Source: an uncultured Clostridia bacterium (GTDB taxonomy: Bacteria; Bacillota; Clostridia; Oscillospirales; CAG-272). From it: a DNA stretch of 64,000 nt. Within the stretch, counting starts at the first letter, position 1. Every line of letters begins with the position of its first letter. Both the position numbers and the translations under genes were made by a program. Shown here piece after piece: positions 8,878 through 17,937 of this stretch. The stretch is from the NCBI GenBank assembly GCA_947624995.1, contig CANQMS010000003.1, positions 10,062 through 74,061 of the forward strand, written 5' to 3'. The notes below the pieces were generated by a model. It was given only the letters and a program-made list of their open reading frames with translations, searched no databases and was not told where the DNA came from.

Positions 8878-9516
8878 TCACTCGGCGAGGAGCTTTTCGA
8901 CGAGCGCGCGGAGCGCCGGGCACTTGCAGTCGGCGAAGAACAGCTCGCGGAAGCGGCTTCCGGAGAGCGCGCCCTTCACGAGCGCGGGGTCGAGCTCGGG
9001 GAGGATCTCCTCGAGCGGGCGGTAAGTCTTCGCCTTTACCCCGTCGAGTATCTTCTTGTTCGCCTTCTCGGGGACGGCGCGCTCGCGCGGATAGCCCTGC
9101 CCCGGTTCCTCGCAGAACAGCTTTTCGAATATGTATTCGAGGTTGAGATCTCCGCCCCAGCCGAAGCCCTTTGCGAACGGAATGGCGATAGCGTTCCCGT
9201 CGTTTATCTGTGCGAACGTGTACGCGTCGAGCGGGTCCTCAACGTGCCCGCAGATGACGCCCGGGAACGAGTTGCACGCGAGCATCGCGCCTTCTCCCGT
9301 GCCGCAGCCCGTGATGACGTAGTCGGCGGCGCCCGAATTGAGCAGAACCGAGGCGAGTATGCCGATCTGTACGTATGTGAGCTGGTTGTCGTCCGGCGAG
9401 TACATGCCGTAGTTGACGACCTCGTGTCCCATCGGCTCGACGACGCGGCGCAGCGCGCCCTCGATCACGGCGTTTTTCGCCGCCTGGCTGTTTTCATTGA
9501 TAAGTGCGATCTTCAT
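8878..9516 (-). CDS. RpiB/LacA/LacB-family sugar-phosphate isomerase (long form)
   Basis: MKIALINE...ADYVITGCGTGEGAMLACNSFPGV matches the RpiB/LacAB fold signature. It is co-directional with the SDR gene upstream. Confidence 0.8.
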   Translation of the reverse strand: MKIALINENSQAAKNAVIEGALRRVVEPMGHEVVNYGMYSPDDNQLTYVQIGILASVLLNSGAADYVITGCGTGEGAMLACNSFPGVICGHVEDPLDAYTFAQINDGNAIAIPFAKGFGWGGDLNLEYIFEKLFCEEPGQGYPRERAVPEKANKKILDGVKAKTYRPLEEILPELDPALVKGALSGSRFRELFFADCKCPALRALVEKLLAE

Positions 9517-9577
9517 TTCTTTGCCTCTTTTTTAAAATTAAATTAGATTTTCGTATATCTTCGTATATCAAAGTGTT

Positions 9578-10372
9578 TTACGGCTGCTTGCCGATATATG
9601 CGAGGATGCCGCCGTCGACGTAGAGGATATGCCCGTTCACGAAGTCGGACGCCTCGGACGCGAGGAACACGGCGGGACCCTTCAGGTCGTCGGGCGTCCC
9701 CCAGCGCTCCGCCGGAGTCTTCGCGACGATAAACGCGTCAAACGGGTGCCTGCCCCCGTCCGGCTGAGGCTCGCGCAGCGGCGCGGTCTGCGGCGTCGCT
9801 ATATATCCGGGACCGATGCCGTTGCACTGGATGTTATACTGTCCGTACTCGGACGCGATGTTCCGCGTCAGCATCTTGAGCCCGCCCTTCGCGGACGCGT
9901 ATGCCGACACGGTCTCCCTCCCGAGCTCGCTCATCATCGAGCAGATGTTGATGATCTTGCCGCGCCTGCGCTCCATCATCGACGGGAGCACCGCCTTTGA
10001 CACGATGTACGGCGCGACGAGGTCGATATCGACGACCTCGCGGAACTCGGACGCCTCCATCTCGTGCATCGGGATGCGCTTTATTATCCCGGCGTTGTTG
10101 ACGAGGATGTCGACGGCGCCGAGTGTTTTTTCTATATCGGCGACCATCCGGGCGACGGCGTCCTCATCCGTCACGTCGCATATATACCCCTTCGCCTCGA
10201 TGCCGCGCGCCTTATAATCCTTGAGCGCGCGCTCAAGGTGCGCCTGCCCGCGGCAGTTGAACGCGATCTTCGCGCCCGCCTCCGCGAGCGCTTCGGCTAT
10301 TGCGAAGCCTATTCCGTACGCGGCTCCCGTAACGAGCGCGACCTTTCCCTCGAGCGAAAACATGTCCTTCAC
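9578..10372 (-). CDS. SDR-family oxidoreductase (gluconate 5-dehydrogenase / KduD-like)
   Basis: TGAAYGIG cofactor motif, NNAG, and the catalytic S...YxxxK triad (YASAKGG). 264 aa. Confidence 0.85.
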   Translation of the reverse strand: MKDMFSLEGKVALVTGAAYGIGFAIAEALAEAGAKIAFNCRGQAHLERALKDYKARGIEAKGYICDVTDEDAVARMVADIEKTLGAVDILVNNAGIIKRIPMHEMEASEFREVVDIDLVAPYIVSKAVLPSMMERRRGKIINICSMMSELGRETVSAYASAKGGLKMLTRNIASEYGQYNIQCNGIGPGYIATPQTAPLREPQPDGGRHPFDAFIVAKTPAERWGTPDDLKGPAVFLASEASDFVNGHILYVDGGILAYIGKQP

Positions 10373-10467
10373 TTTTGTAAAGCACCGCCTTTTTTAACGA
10401 TTATGCACTTTATCTAAAGTATATCAGAAAACGCGGCTGTTGTAAATGACTTATTGCGCTTTTGCAC

Positions 10468-10496
10468 TTGAAAAACGGACGCGTTTGGTATATAAT
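10468..10496 (+). promoter_or_regulatory. Candidate sigma-A promoter for the LCP gene
   Basis: TTGAAA, a 17-nt spacer, then TATAAT, with TGG immediately upstream of the -10. Confidence 0.5.
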
Positions 10497-10537
10497 ACAC
10501 TTTACGGTACTCTTTTTCCGCGAAAGGAGGCGGAGCA

Positions 10538-11620
10538 ATGCTCGCGGCAGTCAGGAATTTCGTAATAGCGTTTTTGATAGCGGCGCTCGTTTTCGGGCTG
10601 ATAGCGTGGTTCATCACGATATTTATCGCCGACAACGTCATCGGCATTGCCGATTCGCCGGACACGGAGGGCGTCGGAGACGTCACGTTCCCGCCGGAGG
10701 AAACGCGCCCCGTCGACCCCGACGGACCGAAGCCGCCGTCATACCCCGACATCCCGGGCAATTCCTTTACGGTGCTCCTCGTCGGGACGGACTACCGCCC
10801 GGACGATTTCATTGATTATTTTGAGGATTTTGTCAACGGTACGGTCACGAACGCAAAGCTCGGGCTCCTGCAAAAGCCGATGCGCACGCAGAACGCCGAC
10901 CTCATAATCCTCGTCACCGTCTCGGAGGAAACGCGGCAGATCGTGTTCGCGTCGATCCCGTCGAATACGCGCGTCACCGTCAACGGAAGCTACCGACTGC
11001 TCGGCGAGCGCTACGACAAGGGCGGAGTCGAGGAGATCGTGGACTTTGCGAACTACCTCACCGCAGTCCCGATCGACTACTACATCAAAGCCAACATCAC
11101 GGACGCGGGCACGATAATCGACGTTATCGACGGTGTCTCCGTCAACGTTCCCGTCGATATCATGAACCCGTACTACAATCCCGACTGGACCGAGGAGGAC
11201 GCCGAGTGGTCCGGGATCACCGGCGAGCGCGATCATGATACGCGCATCGCCATACACGCAGGCGAGCGGACGATAAATTCCTCCAACATATTCGCCCTCA
11301 TGCACTACCGCACCGAATCCGCCTCGGTGAGCGAGCGCGACTTCGTCATCATGGAGCTTGCGCGGCAGACGCTGCGAAAAGCCGTCAGCCCCGAATATCT
11401 CAGCCGCGCGCCCGAGCTCTTCACGCGCATCCAGCGATATACCGATTCGAACATAACCGTCGACGACCTCAACAACAGCCTCGAGCTTTTCCGGCACTAC
11501 AACGAGTTTTCGATCTCCACGATAACGTACCCCGGCAGCTACTCGACGCTCGACGGCAAGGACTGCTTCATCCCCGACCTCACGGAAGCATACGAGGCTT
11601 TCCGCGCATACAGGCAATAA
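10538..11620 (+). CDS. LytR-CpsA-Psr (LCP) family cell-envelope glycopolymer transferase
   Basis: N-terminal TM anchor followed by an LCP-like core (FTVLLVGTDYRPDD...ADLIILVTV...). Confidence 0.7.
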   Translation: MLAAVRNFVIAFLIAALVFGLIAWFITIFIADNVIGIADSPDTEGVGDVTFPPEETRPVDPDGPKPPSYPDIPGNSFTVLLVGTDYRPDDFIDYFEDFVNGTVTNAKLGLLQKPMRTQNADLIILVTVSEETRQIVFASIPSNTRVTVNGSYRLLGERYDKGGVEEIVDFANYLTAVPIDYYIKANITDAGTIIDVIDGVSVNVPVDIMNPYYNPDWTEEDAEWSGITGERDHDTRIAIHAGERTINSSNIFALMHYRTESASVSERDFVIMELARQTLRKAVSPEYLSRAPELFTRIQRYTDSNITVDDLNNSLELFRHYNEFSISTITYPGSYSTLDGKDCFIPDLTEAYEAFRAYRQ

Positions 11621-11646
11621 AACCGAAAGGAAACAACAGATAATAA

Positions 11647-13026
11647 ATGAACAATACCGAAAAGACAATGGACAAGATCGTCGCGCTCTGCAAGAACCGC
11701 GGCTTCATCTTCGCGGGCAGCGACATATACGGCGGGCTCGCGAACACGTGGGACTACGGTCCGCTCGGCGCGCGCCTCAAAAATAACGTCAAGGACACGT
11801 GGCGCAAGCGCTTCATCCAGGAGCGCAAGAACAGCTACGAGGTCGACGCAGACATCCTCATGCACCCGAGAGTCTGGGAGGCTAGCGGTCACGTTGCCAG
11901 CTTCTCCGACCCGCTGCTCGACTGCCGCGAGTGCAAGACGCGCCACCGCGCCGACAACCTCATCGCCGACTTCGACCCCGACGCTCATCCGGACGCGATG
12001 ACGAAGGAGGAGATGTTCGAATACATCAAGGCGCACTCGATCCCGTGCCCAAAGTGCGGCAAGCACAATTTCACCGATATACGCGAATTCAACCTCATGT
12101 TCCAGACGTTCCGCGGAGTCACGAACGACTCGAAGAGCGTCATATACCTGCGTCCCGAAAACGCGCAGGGCGAATATGTCAATTTCCTCAACGTTCAGCG
12201 CACGATGCGCGCCAAGCTCCCGTTCTCGATCGGTCAGATAGGAAAGGCGTTCCGCAACGAGATCACGCCCGGCAACTTCACGTTCCGCACGATCGAGTTC
12301 GAGCAGATGGAGTTCCAGACGTTCTGCCATGAGGGGCAGGACGGCGAGCTCTACGACTACTTCAAGGAGTACGGGCGCAAATATTTCGAGGACCTCGGCA
12401 TCGCGCCCGAGCACCTGCGCTATCACGACCACGAAAAGCTCGCGCACTACGCGAAGGCGGCGTGCGATATCGAGTTTCTGTTCCCGTTCGGCTGGGGCGA
12501 GATCAACGGCACGCACAACCGCACGGACTTCGACCTCACGCGCCACCAGGAATACAGCGGCACGAACATGAGCTACCTCGACCCCGAGACGAACGAGCGG
12601 TTCATCCCCTACATCATCGAGTCGACGTACGGTCTTGACCGCACGGTTCTGGCGCTTTTGTGCGAAGCATACGACGAAGAGGTCATAGACGCGGAAAAGA
12701 ACGACGTCCGTGTCGTACTGCACCTCTCCCCCGCCGTCGCGCCGTACAAGTGCGCGGTGCTCCCGCTCTCGAAAAAGCTGTCGGACAAGGCGCTCGAGGT
12801 TTACGACCGGCTCTCAAAGCGCTTCATGACGGACTTTGACGAGACGGGCTCTATCGGCAAGCGCTACCGCCGCGAGGACGAGATCGGCACGCCGTACTGC
12901 GTCACCTACGACTTCGACTCCGAAAATGACGGCTGCGTCACGGTCCGCGAGCGCGACAGCATGGAGCAGGTCCGCATCCCGATAGGCGAGGTCGCGGAAT
13001 ACATCGAAAAAACGATCGGCTTCTGA
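11647..13026 (+). CDS. glyQS: Glycine--tRNA ligase (homodimeric class II)
   Basis: MDKIVALCKNRGFIFAGSDIYGGLANTWDYGPLG and FRNEITPGNFTFRTIEFEQMEF are hallmark GlyQS sequences. Confidence 0.95.
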   Translation: MNNTEKTMDKIVALCKNRGFIFAGSDIYGGLANTWDYGPLGARLKNNVKDTWRKRFIQERKNSYEVDADILMHPRVWEASGHVASFSDPLLDCRECKTRHRADNLIADFDPDAHPDAMTKEEMFEYIKAHSIPCPKCGKHNFTDIREFNLMFQTFRGVTNDSKSVIYLRPENAQGEYVNFLNVQRTMRAKLPFSIGQIGKAFRNEITPGNFTFRTIEFEQMEFQTFCHEGQDGELYDYFKEYGRKYFEDLGIAPEHLRYHDHEKLAHYAKAACDIEFLFPFGWGEINGTHNRTDFDLTRHQEYSGTNMSYLDPETNERFIPYIIESTYGLDRTVLALLCEAYDEEVIDAEKNDVRVVLHLSPAVAPYKCAVLPLSKKLSDKALEVYDRLSKRFMTDFDETGSIGKRYRREDEIGTPYCVTYDFDSENDGCVTVRERDSMEQVRIPIGEVAEYIEKTIGF

Positions 13027-13034
13027 TGCCCGAA

Positions 13035-13066
13035 GGGAGGATGACCCGTATGGGGTCCTCCCTTTT
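13035..13066 (+). terminator. Rho-independent terminator after glyQS
   Basis: Stem GGGAGGATGACCC / GGGGTCCTCCC followed by TTTTCC. Confidence 0.65.
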
Positions 13067-13098
13067 CCTAACGCAAAACGAAAAAGAGGTGTGATCAG

Positions 13099-15102
13099 GT
13101 GAAAAGATCAATTCTCGTTATGGCAGCGGCACTCTCGGTGCTCGTGATGTGCTGCGTGCCGACGCACGCCGCGGACCCGGTCCCCGAGATCCCCGTCGGC
13201 GACAACGGCGTCGTGCCGACGGACGGCTATGACGGACCGCAGATAATAAAAATACGCGTCCTCAACGAAGCGCGCTTTCTCGAGATCTATTGGGACCGCT
13301 ACGTCGACGAGGACGCCGCCGTGGACCCCGCGAACTTCATTCTGCGCGCCGGCGGCAAAACCGTCACCTTAACGCCTAACACTCTTTCCGCGGACGGCTG
13401 GACGGACACGATCTTTTTCGATCACGAAAACAAAACCGTCGCCGCCTCGGACGCGCACTGCATGAACAGACTCGACCCGGCGCTGCACATGTCGAGCATC
13501 TCTTTCCCCGAGTCCGAGCTGTCAAAGCTCGCCTCGGGCGAGCTGACGCTCGAGGTGAAGGGCGAAAAGATCACGGATAAGGACGGGAAGGCGACGAAGA
13601 ACGCCGTTTACACCGGCGTCCCGCGCCTTGATTACTATACGCAGAAGGTCGTGACCGAGAGCGGCATAACGATAAAGGGCGACGACACCGTCAAGCTCTC
13701 GTCCCTTGAGCTTGCCGCAAAGCAGGTCGAAGTCGAGCTCTCGAAGCCCGGGACCGGAATCGCCGAAACGATGAAAAAGTGGGGCTGCTCGCTCGCCGTT
13801 TACAGTCCGCGCGAGAACGTATACATGATTCCAGAGCACCGCTACGGCTTCCGCACCTCGATGTACGACCTTGAGGGCTACGGCGGCAACAAGTGGAACG
13901 GCTGCGTTTCCTCTATCGCAGAGGTGAACATCACGCGCACGAGAAACTCGTCCGAGCCGTATGCGAACACGATGTACCCGAACGAAAACGTGCTCATACA
14001 CGAGTTCGGGCACAGCATCAAGTCGATAGGACTTGAAGAAAACGAAGATCAGACGCTCATAAACGAATATTTCGCGGCGTACGAAAACGCCGTCGACACG
14101 GGACTGTGGCCGAATACATACGCCATTTCGAATTCGGACGAATTTTTCGCGACGATGTGCGCGATCTGGTTCAACAATATGGACGACGTTTCGAGCTGGG
14201 ACGACGGGACGCGTTCCCCGCTCAACACGCGCGAGGAAATGAAGGAGTACGACCCGCAGACCTACGCGTTCTTTGAAAAAATATTGCCCGCGGACACGCC
14301 GCTTCCGGCGCCGTGGAGCACACATTCGCCCGACAACTATCACGGCGGTCTGATCCGTCCCCCCGTCGACAACCGCATCGCCTGCGACGAAGACAGCGTG
14401 AGCCGCGGCGTCTTCAAGCTCGAGACGCGTGCGCGCGGCACGACGTGGCAGGTCGACAGATACGCCGCGGACGCCTCCCGCCCGCAGAACGACCTCTGCC
14501 TCTGGACCCCGTACGGCACGGACGGCGACGCGTCCTCGATGATAAACGGACCGTGGCACGTTATAGTACATGACGACGGGACGGTCTCGCTCACCTCGGC
14601 GGATCTCACCGCCGCGCTCACCGCGACGGGAAAGGAGACGGTCGCCGTTTCCGGAAGGCGTTACGATGAAGACAACGAGGCGCAGAGATGGCTCTTTGTC
14701 GAGGACACCTCGACGGCGAACAAATTCGACGGCAGGCTCATAAACCTGAAGTACGGCACCGCTCTTTCGCACGACCCGCGCGCCGCGGACGGCGCGCCGC
14801 TGATGCTCGCCCCGGAGGCGGACGGCGCGCTCTGGATGCTTCGCAACACCTCGGAAACAAAGGGTGACAAGCAGGCTTTCCTGACGCCCGGAGACGGGAA
14901 GCTGACGCCTGAAACCGAGGCGCCCGAGACGGACGCTCCGACAGAGAAGGTGACCGCGTCCCCGTCCGACGAAAGCGACAGCGAAACCGGCGCGGACAGC
15001 GCCTCCGGCGGCTGCGGCTCATCTCTCGGAGCCGCGTCCGTCCTCCCCGCTCTCGCCGCAGGCATCCCGCTGTCAAAGAAAAAGCGCGGTGCAAAAAAAT
15101 AA
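13099..15102 (+). CDS. Secreted HEXXH zinc-metalloprotease-like protein (anthrax lethal factor-like core) with a C-terminal GGCGS-TM-basic anchor
   Basis: N-terminal signal peptide (MKRSILVMAAALSVLVMCCVPTHA). HEFGHS plus the downstream SDEFFATMCAIWF resemble the HEFGH...EFFAE arrangement of lethal-factor-type gluzincins. The C-terminus is SGGCGSSLGAASVLPALAAGIPLSKKKRGAKK. Confidence 0.7.
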   Translation: MKRSILVMAAALSVLVMCCVPTHAADPVPEIPVGDNGVVPTDGYDGPQIIKIRVLNEARFLEIYWDRYVDEDAAVDPANFILRAGGKTVTLTPNTLSADGWTDTIFFDHENKTVAASDAHCMNRLDPALHMSSISFPESELSKLASGELTLEVKGEKITDKDGKATKNAVYTGVPRLDYYTQKVVTESGITIKGDDTVKLSSLELAAKQVEVELSKPGTGIAETMKKWGCSLAVYSPRENVYMIPEHRYGFRTSMYDLEGYGGNKWNGCVSSIAEVNITRTRNSSEPYANTMYPNENVLIHEFGHSIKSIGLEENEDQTLINEYFAAYENAVDTGLWPNTYAISNSDEFFATMCAIWFNNMDDVSSWDDGTRSPLNTREEMKEYDPQTYAFFEKILPADTPLPAPWSTHSPDNYHGGLIRPPVDNRIACDEDSVSRGVFKLETRARGTTWQVDRYAADASRPQNDLCLWTPYGTDGDASSMINGPWHVIVHDDGTVSLTSADLTAALTATGKETVAVSGRRYDEDNEAQRWLFVEDTSTANKFDGRLINLKYGTALSHDPRAADGAPLMLAPEADGALWMLRNTSETKGDKQAFLTPGDGKLTPETEAPETDAPTEKVTASPSDESDSETGADSASGGCGSSLGAASVLPALAAGIPLSKKKRGAKK

Positions 15103-15120
15103 GCGCATGATATAAAATAT

Positions 15121-15156
15121 CCCGCCCGGAAGAGATTCCCGGGCGGGGTATTTTTG
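15121..15156. terminator. Bidirectional terminator between convergent genes
   Basis: Stem CCCGCCCGG / CCGGGCGGG followed by TATTTTTG, with an A/T-rich flank on the other side. Confidence 0.6.
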
Positions 15157-15175
15157 CCTTTTCCACAGGCTCTTT

Positions 15176-17872
15176 TTATCTTCTCTTTTTTCCGAGAACG
15201 GCAGCTGCCGAGAGGACTGCCGCGATACATACAAAGCCGGGACCGCCTATCGCGGAGCCGCAGCCGCCATTTTCGGCGGGAGCGGTCTCCGTCGTCGGCT
15301 CCGTTTCAGCGGGATCCGCCGGCACGTTGATCTCCATCTCTACGTTTTCCGCGTTATTGCGATAGAACCTCACAAGATCGACGGCGCCCTTGAACCCGCC
15401 TCCCAGCGTACCGTATATCGCGCCGATGTCACGGGGGCTGATGTCCGTCTTCATGACGTCGTGCGTAATATCGCCCACGGTCAGCGCAGCCGCCCCGTCC
15501 GCAAATGTAACGTAAATATTTGTGAACTCCTCGACCGGGACCGCGGTCTTCGTTTTGAGCGTCACCTTTTCATCCCGGGTCCTCAGCTCAAATGTGAGCT
15601 TTCCGTCCTCGTCCGAGGTGAGCGAAAGCGACCCGTTTCTCCCTTCAAACGACAGGATCGTGCCGCCGTTCTTTCGCAGCATCGCGGAAAGGAATATCTG
15701 CAGCTCCGGTGACGAGAGCGCCTGCCCGTCGAGCGTGATGGTGTCCTCCGCGGTGAAATTATAAAATCCCATCGCTGTCAGGGCACCGCCCTTCTCCCAT
15801 CTCGCGCCGTTGACCGCCGCGTATGTCGAGCCGTACTGCGGGTCTGCCAGAAATTCGTTGTCCCCTTTGTCAAACGTATAGCCGAGTATCAGCCCGTCCG
15901 TCTTGCGGAGCTTGTTTATATATTCGTTCTGAGCGCTCTTGTCGCCGAGCGACGGAAAATATCCGAACGCGGTGCCGGACGCAATCGTCAGCCCGCCGTC
16001 CTCGAAGAAATCCCCGTCTGCGACCGCGTCGCCCTTGAGCGCCCCGCTGCCGAGGCAGAGCGCGAGTCCCTTCGCGGTCGCGTTTTCATATACCTTGTAG
16101 TTCCCGGCGACATACGCCGATTCTATCACCCGCGCGTGCCCGTAAACGCTCGCATTCCGTGTCACAACGGCGCTGTCCCCGACATAAGCGTCCTTGCCGA
16201 CGACGGCGTTTCCAGCCACAACGGCGCAGCCGTCTATGACGGCGTTGTCGGACACCTTCGCGTTCCCCATGACGACCGCGTGATCTTCGATCCTGGCGTT
16301 CCCGGTAACGGTCGCCGCTCCGAGCACCTTCGCGTCCGGACCGACATACACGCTCTCGCTGACTTTCGCGGTCCCGGCGACGAACCCGCCGCCGTTCGGA
16401 TGCGGGGCGCCCGCGCCGCTGTTCGCGATCTCGCGCACCTTCGGCTCCGCTCCCTCAAGCTCCACGCGGAACGGATACCGCGGCTTTGTGCCGAAGGGAA
16501 CGTCGTTTTCCGACTGGAACGCCGCGTACTTAACGTAGCTGTCGATTGCAGGCGTCGCAGCGACTGTCAGATACACTTCCTCTGCGCCTGACACGTCGAC
16601 CTTTACAGTGTCTCCGTCCCCGAACAGCTCCGAATACTCCGTCCCGCCTTTTTTGACCGTCACGACGCAGGCGCGCCACGCTGCCCCGGGCGCATCCGTC
16701 ATCCCGCGCAGCGTAACCGACACCGTGTCGCCGTCAACATTCAGCGGCGAGACGACATACGCCGCCTGCTGCGGCGCGCGCTCCGTCGGAACGGCGTATG
16801 TGTGCTCCGCCCCCGGAACCGCCTCGAGCGTCGTGTAAAACTGCTGCCAGAAGAAATCCTGATCTTTTACCGCGCTTTGCATATTCGACATATAGTTTTT
16901 CCGGTGCTCAAAGTCGAGCGTCGCCATGTGCGCGGCGAAATATCCGAGCATATCCTCGAGCTTTGCGTCGGCGTGCTCGGCGATCATCGTATATATGTAG
17001 CCGCTCGAGCTGCCGTTCTGCAACAGCTTCGCGACAAAATCGGGACCGTACCCGTCAAGTCCGTCCGGGTTTTCGGTCAGGTACTGCAGTATCGGCCACG
17101 CCTCGTAGTACGCGCGTCCGTTCGCCGCCGTCAGGCTCGATGCGCGCATGATGAGGTATGAAAAATCCGTCCGGGAGCCTCCCGCCGTATAGTAGTCGCT
17201 GTAAAGGTACTGCTCGCGGAACCAGTTTCCGATCGCCTCGTACCACGGACCGAGGTAATTGCCGGACGCCCAGCTGTTGTACCCCTGCGCAAAGTGCGTC
17301 ACATGACCGAATTCGTGCGGCAGCGCCCATGAGTTCGACTCCATCGCACTGCGGCTGCACATCATATAGCCGTAGCCCTCGTAGTCGATGCCGCCGTATG
17401 CCGCCCACTCGTTCGGGTCTGCGGCGTTGTGGTAACCGGGCAGCCCCGTGCCCCAGACGACGACATTCACCTTGTAGTGCGTCTTCTGGTCGCCGTTCCT
17501 GTATGTACAGAGCGACGGCGGCTGCATACCGAGATCGTCAATATATAGCTTCCAGCACGCCTCATACATATCGAATATCGCCGCAATCCAGTCATCGGTG
17601 ATATATGAGTTGTTCTGATCTCCCCACAAGAGCTGGAAGTGCTCGCTCTCCGCCGCGTGGTACTTCTCCGCGGAGATGACAGTCACTCCGTCGGCGTTTA
17701 CGACCGGTCGGACATGATAGACGATGTCCCCGTCATTGCCGTCATTACCGTCATTGTTGTCATCCTCGCCTCCGTCCGCCGAAACGGTCAGCGGCAGGGC
17801 AGTGAAAACAAAGACGAGCACCAAAACGAGCGATAAGATCTTCGGCAGTCCGTGCTTCATTGTTTGCCTCAC
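15176..17872 (-). CDS. Secreted HEXXH metalloprotein with a beta-helix repeat region, a LamG-like segment and a C-terminal GGCGS-TM-basic anchor
   Basis: Signal peptide, then a DGNDGNDG tract. ALPHEFGHVTHF is the HEXXH motif. The hexapeptide-like run is GNARIEDHAVVMGNAKVSDNAVIDGCAVVAGNAVVGKDAYVGDSAVV. The C-terminus is NGGCGSAIGGPGFVCIAAVLSAAAVLGKKRR. Confidence 0.7.
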   Translation of the reverse strand: MRQTMKHGLPKILSLVLVLVFVFTALPLTVSADGGEDDNNDGNDGNDGDIVYHVRPVVNADGVTVISAEKYHAAESEHFQLLWGDQNNSYITDDWIAAIFDMYEACWKLYIDDLGMQPPSLCTYRNGDQKTHYKVNVVVWGTGLPGYHNAADPNEWAAYGGIDYEGYGYMMCSRSAMESNSWALPHEFGHVTHFAQGYNSWASGNYLGPWYEAIGNWFREQYLYSDYYTAGGSRTDFSYLIMRASSLTAANGRAYYEAWPILQYLTENPDGLDGYGPDFVAKLLQNGSSSGYIYTMIAEHADAKLEDMLGYFAAHMATLDFEHRKNYMSNMQSAVKDQDFFWQQFYTTLEAVPGAEHTYAVPTERAPQQAAYVVSPLNVDGDTVSVTLRGMTDAPGAAWRACVVTVKKGGTEYSELFGDGDTVKVDVSGAEEVYLTVAATPAIDSYVKYAAFQSENDVPFGTKPRYPFRVELEGAEPKVREIANSGAGAPHPNGGGFVAGTAKVSESVYVGPDAKVLGAATVTGNARIEDHAVVMGNAKVSDNAVIDGCAVVAGNAVVGKDAYVGDSAVVTRNASVYGHARVIESAYVAGNYKVYENATAKGLALCLGSGALKGDAVADGDFFEDGGLTIASGTAFGYFPSLGDKSAQNEYINKLRKTDGLILGYTFDKGDNEFLADPQYGSTYAAVNGARWEKGGALTAMGFYNFTAEDTITLDGQALSSPELQIFLSAMLRKNGGTILSFEGRNGSLSLTSDEDGKLTFELRTRDEKVTLKTKTAVPVEEFTNIYVTFADGAAALTVGDITHDVMKTDISPRDIGAIYGTLGGGFKGAVDLVRFYRNNAENVEMEINVPADPAETEPTTETAPAENGGCGSAIGGPGFVCIAAVLSAAAVLGKKRR

Positions 17873-17937
17873 TTTCCCGATATTTTTTATTTTTTTGCCG
17901 CTGTCTGCGGCTTAATACATCATAACCGTGCGGCGTC

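Noticed and set aside
17873-17937. Small GCCGC-tgtct-GCGGC hairpin as the dusB terminator.
   Set aside because: On the transcribed (minus) strand it is followed by an A-run rather than a U-tract, and the stem is only 5 bp.
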